A stretch of DNA of 64,000 bases from a virus: positions 15,815 through 79,814 of the IMG/VR virus record IMGVR_UViG_3300042549_005585; one strand, written 5' to 3'. A program made the translations under genes and the position numbers. The notes under the pieces are model-generated. The model did no database searches. It worked only from the letters and a program-made list of their open reading frames with translations, and was not told the origin of the DNA. Positions 19,825 through 28,211 of this stretch are shown here, in pieces (within the stretch, counting starts at the first letter, position 1; every line of letters begins with the position of its first letter).

Positions 19825-20811
19825 CTATTTGTTGGAAATTTTACCTAATGTATCTTTAGCCCACTTCTCTTGACCAGCACTTAACTCACCATTAATAGCG
19901 TTTTGAATGAAGTCACGTAGTTGTGGATAAGGTAATTCAACTAATTTAGCAATGAATATATCACGAACATATGGATCACTAACATTGCTTTTGTTATAAA
20001 ACTTATTGATGGCATCTGAAATAGCATCTAACATGAATTTACCATAACGTAAATCGTCTGGTTCGTTTCTTAGTTTATCAACACTAGCAACTGATGCTTG
20101 GTTTAATGCTTTATTTTTACTCCATCCTCTTGATCCAATAACTGAGTATATTCCTTTAACTATTTCATGTATTAGAATAGGAAAGTTAATAGCGCGTGCT
20201 TTTACTATCCATTGTTTGTTTGCTTTATCATATACAGGTAAACTACTACCTCCAGGCATGTTATTATCATTAGCAATACCAGCTAATATTTGAGCGATAA
20301 AATTCTCATCATCATATCCACCTAAAGCAACGTCTAATATTTTACCATATTTGTCTACTAATGTTGGGTCAACACTATCCAAATAATCTTTCATTAATAA
20401 AAATGAACGAGAACCTCTAACACCAGCACCTTGAGTTAACGCGTTTATTAAACGACGTTTAGCATCCATATCTTCTTTCTCTTCAGGTGAATATCCTTGT
20501 TCGCCTGGTTTGTCTTGGAATTCACCTCTAGGAATAGCGGTGTTTTGAGACATTGGCTCTATCTTAGCATCAATCTTGATATTGTATTTGTCAACAATTG
20601 GGTAAGCATCTTTAACTACCTCAACTGCTAATTGCTCCAATTCATCTTGGTATCCACGTTCTGCTCTAGCAATTTCACTTGCTAAACGCATTGTTTCACC
20701 ACCATAATTTTTGGCGCCTTGTTTTTCTCTAGCTTGTTGAGATAGTCCCTTTAGCTTCCCCATTGTTTGGGGAGTGAACATTTTTTCGTATTCCTTCTCC
20801 TGTAATTTCAT
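19825..20811 (-). CDS. Hypothetical protein (head-associated candidate)
   Basis: KRRLINALTQG and FPILIHEIVKG segments; no firm family assignment. Confidence 0.5.
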   Translation of the reverse strand: MKLQEKEYEKMFTPQTMGKLKGLSQQAREKQGAKNYGGETMRLASEIARAERGYQDELEQLAVEVVKDAYPIVDKYNIKIDAKIEPMSQNTAIPRGEFQDKPGEQGYSPEEKEDMDAKRRLINALTQGAGVRGSRSFLLMKDYLDSVDPTLVDKYGKILDVALGGYDDENFIAQILAGIANDNNMPGGSSLPVYDKANKQWIVKARAINFPILIHEIVKGIYSVIGSRGWSKNKALNQASVASVDKLRNEPDDLRYGKFMLDAISDAINKFYNKSNVSDPYVRDIFIAKLVELPYPQLRDFIQNAINGELSAGQEKWAKDTLGKISNK

Positions 20812-21071
20812 TACTTACCCGCTTTTAAACGATTGAATATTTTTTGTATGCCTGCTTTCTCGTTTTCACGCATACGAGCTTTTGGATTCTCGTCAGGTAA
20901 AGCGTCAGGATCCATTGGTTCAAGTGGATTTTCCTCTGGCTCAACTTCTGGCTCTTCTTCTGGTTCAGCAATTTCAGGACTAGGATATGGTTTCCTAATT
21001 GGAGCCACAGATGGCAATGTATATTCTTTTATAATATCGCGTACAAGTTCGCGTAATTGTGCTTTGGTCAT
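20811..21071 (-). CDS. Small Pro/Glu-rich putative head protein
   Basis: LRELVRDIIKE amphipathic leader. Confidence 0.5.
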   Translation of the reverse strand: MTKAQLRELVRDIIKEYTLPSVAPIRKPYPSPEIAEPEEEPEVEPEENPLEPMDPDALPDENPKARMRENEKAGIQKIFNRLKAGK

Positions 21072-21073
21072 TA

Positions 21074-22384
21074 TTACCTATTTGCCAATAAATATTCAGA
21101 TACGTATATTCCATGCGCACCACTTACTGTGATACCACGAGCAGATAAAGCATCACCTACAAAGTGTACATTTGGATAATCATTTAATGACAAATCATTA
21201 TAATTAACTAACGGTTCAGGGCTCAAATACTTTACTTCAGGTACATACATTCCCCAATCATCACCAAATTCAAATACAGTATTCATATTATCAATAAAGT
21301 CAGTAATATAAGTTAAATATTCTCCATAAGCTTCAGCTAATGGTACTAAAGTATCTATTGGATAAGATGTCACTGTAGTACCTTCTGATGTTAATCCTGG
21401 AATACGAGTACGATTAGGTGAATAGTATAATCCTTTTCCATTGACTTGTAATTTAGATACTGCATCTCTACACCACTTAAATGGATCATCAATACCTTTA
21501 ATTTCCATTAAGATACCAAAGTTAGTCATATCATTTCTAAATTCCTCACCTTTCTTAGCGTGACCATTATAACTTAAATCACCATATGTTTCTTCTACCG
21601 CTACATAAGCTGCATTGTTGTTAGTACAAAATGAGCGAATAGAAACATTATCATGTTTTTGATATAACTTAAAATCATAAGATACATCAATCAATTTTTG
21701 GAAATATTTTTGTGGCGCTTCAAATCGAACACCAATTTGTACTGCTTTAGCTTCAGTTGGCAATTTGTAAGTGTCAGATAATTGTTGAGCAAAATCAATA
21801 CCTGATTTACCTACTGCAAATATCAATTCATCATAAGCATTTAACGCTACAAACTCATCTTCACCTTGTTTATACTTGATAATTAAGTCTTGAAAATCAA
21901 TATTAGTAATAGTAGTGTTCCAACTAAAGTTAACACCTTTATCTAACAAATATTGATACCAGTTTTTAGCAATCTCATGTAAATAGTTTGAACCAATATG
22001 CCATACAAGCGACATACGTAAGTCAAAATATGGTTTAATAAAGTCAGGTTCTTGTTTAGGATCAGAACATGATATGTCTTCTGGTTTAGGGTGGAAACGA
22101 GTAAAATTAGCTACTACTTCATTCATTAATTCCATAGCTTTTTCTTCACCACAATACTTGGACAATTGTCCACCTTGTACTGTTGATACTACTAATTTAC
22201 CATCTGACCAACCACCAGCACCTAACATTCCTGTCATTACCTCTTCAGGTAAACGATTAATTGGATCATTACCTCTATCAATGATAGTGATTAATTCACC
22301 AGGGTATCCATTATCTACTAATTTAGTTGCCGCATTAATACCAGCTACTCCAGCTCCAACAATTAAAATTCTTTTATTTTCCAT
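21074..22384 (-). CDS. FAD-dependent oxidoreductase
   Basis: IVGAGVAG Rossmann motif, GAGGWSDGKL, IGVRFE, RSFC, FVGD...RGI. Confidence 0.85.
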   Translation of the reverse strand: MENKRILIVGAGVAGINAATKLVDNGYPGELITIIDRGNDPINRLPEEVMTGMLGAGGWSDGKLVVSTVQGGQLSKYCGEEKAMELMNEVVANFTRFHPKPEDISCSDPKQEPDFIKPYFDLRMSLVWHIGSNYLHEIAKNWYQYLLDKGVNFSWNTTITNIDFQDLIIKYKQGEDEFVALNAYDELIFAVGKSGIDFAQQLSDTYKLPTEAKAVQIGVRFEAPQKYFQKLIDVSYDFKLYQKHDNVSIRSFCTNNNAAYVAVEETYGDLSYNGHAKKGEEFRNDMTNFGILMEIKGIDDPFKWCRDAVSKLQVNGKGLYYSPNRTRIPGLTSEGTTVTSYPIDTLVPLAEAYGEYLTYITDFIDNMNTVFEFGDDWGMYVPEVKYLSPEPLVNYNDLSLNDYPNVHFVGDALSARGITVSGAHGIYVSEYLLANR

Positions 22385-22736
22385 TTAGTCTTTCATTTAT
22401 ACGTTGTCTAATAATTTGTTCATCTTGTTCTGTTGGAGTATAGTCATTCATAAATTGTGATGGGACTCCTTCCCAAGCACTACCATAGTATGTCATATTA
22501 AATCCTCTATTGAGGCATTCCTGGTATATTTCTTCATATCGATTCTTAAGATATAATAACTTATCGTAAAAGAATGCTACATGTCCTTTACCTAGTGTAA
22601 ACATAGGAGGTATACTTTTCAAATTATACCTACCTCTAGTGATAAGATTAGGTACACGTTTAATTTCACGATGTTCTGCAATTAAGTGTTTATTAGTTAA
22701 TTGCTGTGGTGGTATTGCTACATTAATTCTTGTCAT
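22374..22736 (-). CDS. denV: Pyrimidine-dimer DNA glycosylase/endonuclease V
   Basis: MTRIN N-terminus, HLIAEHREI, FTLGKGHVAFFYDKL, E..RG. Confidence 0.92.
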   Translation of the reverse strand: MTRINVAIPPQQLTNKHLIAEHREIKRVPNLITRGRYNLKSIPPMFTLGKGHVAFFYDKLLYLKNRYEEIYQECLNRGFNMTYYGSAWEGVPSQFMNDYTPTEQDEQIIRQRINERLNGK

Positions 22737-23086
22737 AATATTCTTAATTCAGTTAATATTTCATTTAATGGTTTAGTAATTAATTTACTAAATTGATATC
22801 TAGCATATTCAGAATATATGTTAGTTTGTCCAGATGCTGGTGAATTTGATTCTTTTCTTGCAAAAACTATTAATTTTCCATTAATAAATCCTTCAATATA
22901 AAATGATTTAGATCCATTTTGTCTATGTCCTATATAAACAGTTGATGGAAGAAATTGTGTTATGTTTGATAATTTAGCAATATTACTAAATGTTGTTTTG
23001 GTTAATTGTTCCAAACCATTATCCTCAACAGAATATGATACAATATCCTCATCACGTCCTAACTTATATTTGCCAACTATAATCAT
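22733..23086 (-). CDS. Hypothetical protein
   Basis: First gene after a host-type promoter; overlaps the denV start. Confidence 0.55.
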   Translation of the reverse strand: MIIVGKYKLGRDEDIVSYSVEDNGLEQLTKTTFSNIAKLSNITQFLPSTVYIGHRQNGSKSFYIEGFINGKLIVFARKESNSPASGQTNIYSEYARYQFSKLITKPLNEILTELRIL

Positions 23087-23090
23087 ATTA

Positions 23091-23122
23091 TAAAATTAAC
23101 TATAATGTTGAGGCTAGCCAAA
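23091..23122 (-). promoter_or_regulatory. Bacteroidota-type sigma70 promoter
   Basis: TTTG-N20-TAATTTTA, 4 nt before ATG 23086. Confidence 0.6.
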
Positions 23123-23128
23123 CTAAGA

Positions 23129-23151
23129 TGGCCCACCTTTTGGGTGGGCCA
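23129..23151 (-). terminator. Hairpin terminating the cargo operon/small RNA
   Basis: 9-bp GC-rich stem TGGCCCACC/GGTGGGCCA followed by TCTTAGTTT. Confidence 0.7.
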
Positions 23152-23213
23152 CTACTCCGAATTATTTTATTGATGCGAACAGGTAATGAATCTGTTCTGT
23201 ATGAGTATAAATA

Positions 23214-23615
23214 TTAGTCTTCTATAAGATAATATTTAATAGAAATAGGATTATAATGGTCTTCTTCAGTTTTATAGGCAATATCTTTTAAAAATGATCC
23301 TTTATTTTCTTCAACATATTGATCCCATTCATTTTCTAAATACTCATCTTCTTCTTCCTGTTCCCAAGTTTCAAAACCTTTACCCATTATTGTGATCACC
23401 ATAGAATTATCATTTTCATCATCATCACTAACATCAACAAGCCATTCAAATGGTTCATAAGAATCATTTTTAACATTATCTGAACAGTATTTATCATTGA
23501 TTATAGCACCATATTCTCCATCAGTTGTTTGGTCTGGTTCTACTATTTTTAGCTTATACTTTTTAGATGGGTTATTTATTTTATATTCATTAAGTATATC
23601 TATTAATTTGATCAT
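23214..23615 (-). CDS. Acidic candidate capsid-cargo protein (MIKL...E|YKINNP leader)
   Basis: MIKLIDILNEYKINNP; D/E-rich body. Confidence 0.7.
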   Translation of the reverse strand: MIKLIDILNEYKINNPSKKYKLKIVEPDQTTDGEYGAIINDKYCSDNVKNDSYEPFEWLVDVSDDDENDNSMVITIMGKGFETWEQEEEDEYLENEWDQYVEENKGSFLKDIAYKTEEDHYNPISIKYYLIED

Positions 23616-23616
23616 A

Positions 23617-24207
23617 TTATCGTTTTAATATTTTAAAGAAATCTTTAGTTGTGTCATTGTACTCCCACCAACCTTCACTTACATCTTCTTTCCATTGTCC
23701 TTTAATACATTCATAGTAATATTCATCATCTTCGTCTTTTTTTAATTCCCATATGTCACCAACAACAAATAAATGAGCAAAATTATCAAATATTTCATCT
23801 TTAGCATAATACTCATCTTCACGTGTTCGATCAGTACATAGGTATATATCTTTTACTACTTCTATTAATGCTGGTGGGCGTGAGCCTGGTTTGTTAATTT
23901 GGTATTCATCTAATTCTTCGTCTTCATCATCATCTTCTTCTTCTTCATCATAAACACTTTCATCACCTCCACTCTCAACATATTTCCAATTTTGTTTTAT
24001 ATAATAATATTCACTTGTGTCATCTACATAACTGGTAAAAAATTCAAAAAACTCATCTTTACTTATATTTTTTCCTTCAGGAAATGTTTTAAGAAAATCA
24101 GCCATTATATCTTCATCTTCATAACTTTTAACAATATCTAATACTAATTTATAATTACTATTAGGTCGATTAATTTTATACTCATTGAGTAAATCTATTA
24201 GTTTCAT
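23617..24207 (-). CDS. Two-module acidic candidate capsid-cargo protein
   Basis: MKLIDLLNEYKINRP plus internal LDEYQINKP (23887-23907). Confidence 0.7.
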   Translation of the reverse strand: MKLIDLLNEYKINRPNSNYKLVLDIVKSYEDEDIMADFLKTFPEGKNISKDEFFEFFTSYVDDTSEYYYIKQNWKYVESGGDESVYDEEEEDDDEDEELDEYQINKPGSRPPALIEVVKDIYLCTDRTREDEYYAKDEIFDNFAHLFVVGDIWELKKDEDDEYYYECIKGQWKEDVSEGWWEYNDTTKDFFKILKR

Positions 24208-24208
24208 A

Positions 24209-24568
24209 TTATTTATCTTTTACCATGTAATAAGTTGTTTGTCCTCTATCATCATCATAGTCATCCTCAATTGACACATCAAAATTTTTCAATGCTCTTA
24301 ATATTTCTCTATCTTCAATCCATTCCCAATAACCATATTTCATCATTACTCGATCTAATGATGGTGATAATCTAAGTGAATCATCAAGTCTATTTTCTAC
24401 TGGTTTTAGAGCGTTATAAACACGAATTAGTAATGATAATTCTTTATTATCTATTTTACGTAGTTTTGGATTGTAATCAACCCATAACTTACCTTTAGAT
24501 GAGTCAGTATTAAATAGTATTGGTTTGTTTATTTCATACTCGTTGAGTAAATCTATTAGTTTGATCAT
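24209..24568 (-). CDS. Candidate capsid-cargo protein
   Basis: MIKLIDLLNEYEINKP leader. Confidence 0.7.
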   Translation of the reverse strand: MIKLIDLLNEYEINKPILFNTDSSKGKLWVDYNPKLRKIDNKELSLLIRVYNALKPVENRLDDSLRLSPSLDRVMMKYGYWEWIEDREILRALKNFDVSIEDDYDDDRGQTTYYMVKDK

Positions 24569-24571
24569 AGT

Positions 24572-24931
24572 TTATACTATTTGTACATTAAATATTCTTT
24601 TTAAATCATCTATATTAGCTGTTACTCCAACATAATCACCTAATGCTTCAATCTTACCATTAGCTTTATCTCTAATAACCTTAAAAACTTCAGGAGCATA
24701 TTCTTCAAAAGCGTCATCTTCATCCATAAAATCACTAATATCATTATTTAATATTAATCCATATGAAACATTATTATCACTATCTATATCACCTGTGTAT
24801 TCTCCACTATATTCTTCATTATCAACATCTAATAAAGTTTCTCCATCATCATATATAACAAGAGTAGCGTCTGGGTATTTGTATGGGTTATTTACTTTAT
24901 ACTCGTTGAGTAAATCTATTAGTTTAATCAT
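24572..24931 (-). CDS. Acidic candidate capsid-cargo protein
   Basis: MIKLIDLLNEYKVNNP leader. Confidence 0.7.
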   Translation of the reverse strand: MIKLIDLLNEYKVNNPYKYPDATLVIYDDGETLLDVDNEEYSGEYTGDIDSDNNVSYGLILNNDISDFMDEDDAFEEYAPEVFKVIRDKANGKIEALGDYVGVTANIDDLKRIFNVQIV

Positions 24932-24934
24932 ATA

Positions 24935-25414
24935 CTAAAAATAGTTAAAAAGTAAAACAACTACTCCTCCGTCTCTAAATCCTTCCTCATCAGTTACAAT
25001 AACACCATCTAATTGATCATATTCGTTAGGTGATAAACGATCCCACTTAGTGATAACAGCATATCGTTCTTCACCTTGGTAACGTGTTCTTACTTCAGTA
25101 TCACCATCTCCTTTAACAACAAGCATAGGCATATCCATATTCATTGAACCATGAACATATCCTTCGTCTTTAAGGAACTTATCAGCCAAATGTATTGCTC
25201 TAAAGTCTTCTGTTGGTTTAAACTCAACAGCGTATTGTACTGGTTTGTTAATTATAGCTGCTGTATTTAGTTTGAGTTCAGGATGAGCAGATTTAATTTC
25301 AGCGGGTGTTTTACCCACTAAATCCTTTCTAACTATTGGTTCATCAGGATTACCTAGTTGATTTACAACATCATCACCGAATGCTTCTTTAAGTATGTCT
25401 ATTAGTTTTTTCAT
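24935..25414 (-). CDS. Candidate capsid-cargo protein (leader without YKINKP)
   Basis: MKKLIDILKE leader. Confidence 0.65.
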   Translation of the reverse strand: MKKLIDILKEAFGDDVVNQLGNPDEPIVRKDLVGKTPAEIKSAHPELKLNTAAIINKPVQYAVEFKPTEDFRAIHLADKFLKDEGYVHGSMNMDMPMLVVKGDGDTEVRTRYQGEERYAVITKWDRLSPNEYDQLDGVIVTDEEGFRDGGVVVLLFNYF

Positions 25415-25773
25415 TAGTATAAAATTAGTAAAAGTATATTATCGTCTTCTTTAATAATTAGTTTAGAATATTTTCTTATGTCCATATCAACATTACCTAT
25501 ATCACTAGCTTCATCTTGTCCATCATATAAATAAGCTGCGAATTTATGATGAAAATTTTTGATAACTTGTTCCATTTTATTGAATTGTTCTTCATTTATA
25601 CCTTGATCATCTATAAACTTTTCTTTATCATCATATCCCCAAGTTTTTAACATATCTTCTATGCTGTTAGCTTTTGACATAGATGGATACCAATAAAATA
25701 ATTCAGGGTCGTATTTGAATACAGCGGGACTATTTATTTTGTATTCGTCTAATATTTCTGCTAGTTTAATCAT
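25414..25773 (-). CDS. Candidate capsid-cargo protein
   Basis: MIKLAEILDEYKINSP leader. Confidence 0.7.
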   Translation of the reverse strand: MIKLAEILDEYKINSPAVFKYDPELFYWYPSMSKANSIEDMLKTWGYDDKEKFIDDQGINEEQFNKMEQVIKNFHHKFAAYLYDGQDEASDIGNVDMDIRKYSKLIIKEDDNILLLILY

Positions 25774-28211
25774 AGTTTAATTGTTTTAATATCAACAAAG
25801 TCTCTTTCAGTTTCATCATATACTCTTACATTAGCGTATAAACCATCAATTTCAGGATCTAAATTTATCCTTTCAATTTCAGTGTAACGAGGTATATTGT
25901 CATCTCCTAAATTTTGTTCTATTACAGCCCAATATTCATAAGATTTTCTATATAAGTATTGTCCTTTTAGTGTATCTAAAGCTAATTTCTCAGCATTAGT
26001 GAATGTTGTTTCAACTTTTTCCTGTTGGAATTGGTTTGGTCCTTCATACCAAGATATTCTATAGTTTCCTGAGTTTGGTTTGTTAATTTTATACTCATTT
26101 AAACCATCTTTAAATGGAAATTCATCTGGGTGTGATGTTAAGAAAAAGCTCATTTCTGATGTGGCAAAATCTTCAATATCTTCATCTGTAGCGTTTTCAA
26201 AATCAAAGTCACTTAATCCATTTAATGTAGATTCTTCCCAACCTTCTTCATCACTCATAAAAGTTTCTACATCATCAATATATTCAGGATCAATTACTGA
26301 TTCAAGGTAACTATGTATTAGACCTTTATCTATAACATAGTATCTGTTTCCATCTTCATCTTTTTCTAAACTAATATACTTGTTACGTTTTGGTTTATTA
26401 ATTTTATACTCTTTAATTTTGTTTGAATCTCTAATAACATCTGTTTTAAGTAAGAAATCAATTAAACCATCAAGTTCTCCTATCCATATGTTTTTTCCTA
26501 CTTCACTTTTTAACCAAGTATCAATTTCATTAGTGTTTACTGTTTCTACTTGACTTATATCAACTATATCATTTAACATTAAGCAAGCATCAGCTACATC
26601 CTCACCATATAATCTGTTAACATTATGATAATCATTCATACCATACTCATACTTAACCCAATCAGCTACTTTATATGTTTTAGATGGTTTGTTGATTTTG
26701 TATTCATTAATAAAGTCAGACTTAAGTAAAGTATTGTTTACTTGTTGAACAAAATCATTCTCATTAAATATCTCAGATGGTTCTATATAGTAGTCCACTA
26801 CTTTTTCTATAAGAAGTGGAATATATACATCATAATAATCTTTTGTATTGCGTGTATGAGGAAGGTCTGGGTGTTCTTTAGTTTTGATATAGTTGAATAC
26901 TTTGTTTCGTATTTCATTTATATCAATAGCTTCAAAATATGCTTTCCAAATAACTTTGTTTATATAACGTTTTAAGTCAACATTATCATTAAGATAGTCT
27001 AATACATCCTCACCACTAATTGTACTTACATTCAATGGGCTAGCAATAATTTCCTTACCATCTTTTTCAAACTCATAATGGTTAACAACCATATGTTCTT
27101 TGATAAAATCAATTATGATGTCGTGAGTATCATACTTCTCATCCTTAACAAATTCAACAGCAGGAGTATCATAATATTCTTCATGGTCTTTAACTAGACT
27201 AACTATATGTCTGTTAATAGCATCCTTCACATCGTTCATAAAGTCAGATGGAAGTGAATCAGTAGGTTTATTAATCTTATATTCGTTAAGTGGCTGATTT
27301 TTTTTAATTAACACCATACCAAGTAAGTACTCAAGTATTTCATCTATTGTGTTATCTTTCAAATTACTATGAGGAGCATTTTTCCAACGTTCAATATCAG
27401 CTTTAGTTACTGTGTTACGGTCAAAAATATTCATATTGAAATACAATATAGTTAACGCGTTTAATTCGTCTGAGTATGGACCTAAACGATATTCTGCTTT
27501 GTCCCAATCAAGTTCATATGGATCTTCAGTAAAATAATTATACACCCAATCTGCTATTTTATATCCAGGATCAGGAGTGTTAATTTTATATTCTTCAACA
27601 TTTTCATTAAGGGCATTGGTGTTTGTCATTAATATAGTGTCATCAATAACAATTGCTTTTACATCACGTTCACGTAAGTGTTTAACAATTCTATTTAATA
27701 CACTTTCCTTAAATGTATTTGACATTAATGAATTATCAGGATAATATCCTAAAGCATCATCATGTTGTAAACGGTATTGAGGTGAGTTATCAATTCTTAA
27801 CTCAACAAACTTAGTGTTAGGCATTACTTTATAACTAACATTATCATACCCATCAATGCTGATAGTTTTCTTTTCGTTGTTAGTATTAGTAATTATATTC
27901 TCATTAATGTTGTTGTATGGTTGTAATTCTTCTTCTGTCCACCATGTTGGACTAGCATCTTTATTATGCTCTAACCATTGAATCAAATACCAAGGTTCAT
28001 TTATTGTATTATCATCTTCATATGGATGTTGAAATATATATTCCCGATTAGTGGGATTTGATATTACCGCTTCCCAATTAGGTCTTCTATCTAATATTTT
28101 ACATGATTCTTCATCACCATATAATTCACGTACAATTTCACCTACCTTATACTTGTAAGTAGTAGGTTTGTTTACTTTGTACTCGTTTAATATTTCTGTT
28201 AGTTTAATCAT
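25770..28211 (-). CDS. 813-aa candidate cargo polyprotein with six EYK(I/V)NxP junctions
   Basis: Motif Glu codons start at 28184, 27593, 27284, 26705, 26411 and 26096. Confidence 0.75.
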   Translation of the reverse strand: MIKLTEILNEYKVNKPTTYKYKVGEIVRELYGDEESCKILDRRPNWEAVISNPTNREYIFQHPYEDDNTINEPWYLIQWLEHNKDASPTWWTEEELQPYNNINENIITNTNNEKKTISIDGYDNVSYKVMPNTKFVELRIDNSPQYRLQHDDALGYYPDNSLMSNTFKESVLNRIVKHLRERDVKAIVIDDTILMTNTNALNENVEEYKINTPDPGYKIADWVYNYFTEDPYELDWDKAEYRLGPYSDELNALTILYFNMNIFDRNTVTKADIERWKNAPHSNLKDNTIDEILEYLLGMVLIKKNQPLNEYKINKPTDSLPSDFMNDVKDAINRHIVSLVKDHEEYYDTPAVEFVKDEKYDTHDIIIDFIKEHMVVNHYEFEKDGKEIIASPLNVSTISGEDVLDYLNDNVDLKRYINKVIWKAYFEAIDINEIRNKVFNYIKTKEHPDLPHTRNTKDYYDVYIPLLIEKVVDYYIEPSEIFNENDFVQQVNNTLLKSDFINEYKINKPSKTYKVADWVKYEYGMNDYHNVNRLYGEDVADACLMLNDIVDISQVETVNTNEIDTWLKSEVGKNIWIGELDGLIDFLLKTDVIRDSNKIKEYKINKPKRNKYISLEKDEDGNRYYVIDKGLIHSYLESVIDPEYIDDVETFMSDEEGWEESTLNGLSDFDFENATDEDIEDFATSEMSFFLTSHPDEFPFKDGLNEYKINKPNSGNYRISWYEGPNQFQQEKVETTFTNAEKLALDTLKGQYLYRKSYEYWAVIEQNLGDDNIPRYTEIERINLDPEIDGLYANVRVYDETERDFVDIKTIKL

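Noticed and set aside
23214-28211. CRISPR array or integron attC cassettes as an explanation of the repeats
   Set aside because: The repeats are in-frame coding sequence with synonymous variation, spaced 300-600 nt apart, non-palindromic, with no cas or integrase gene nearby
23214-28211. Diversity-generating retroelement
   Set aside because: No reverse transcriptase and no template/variable repeat pair with adenine-specific differences
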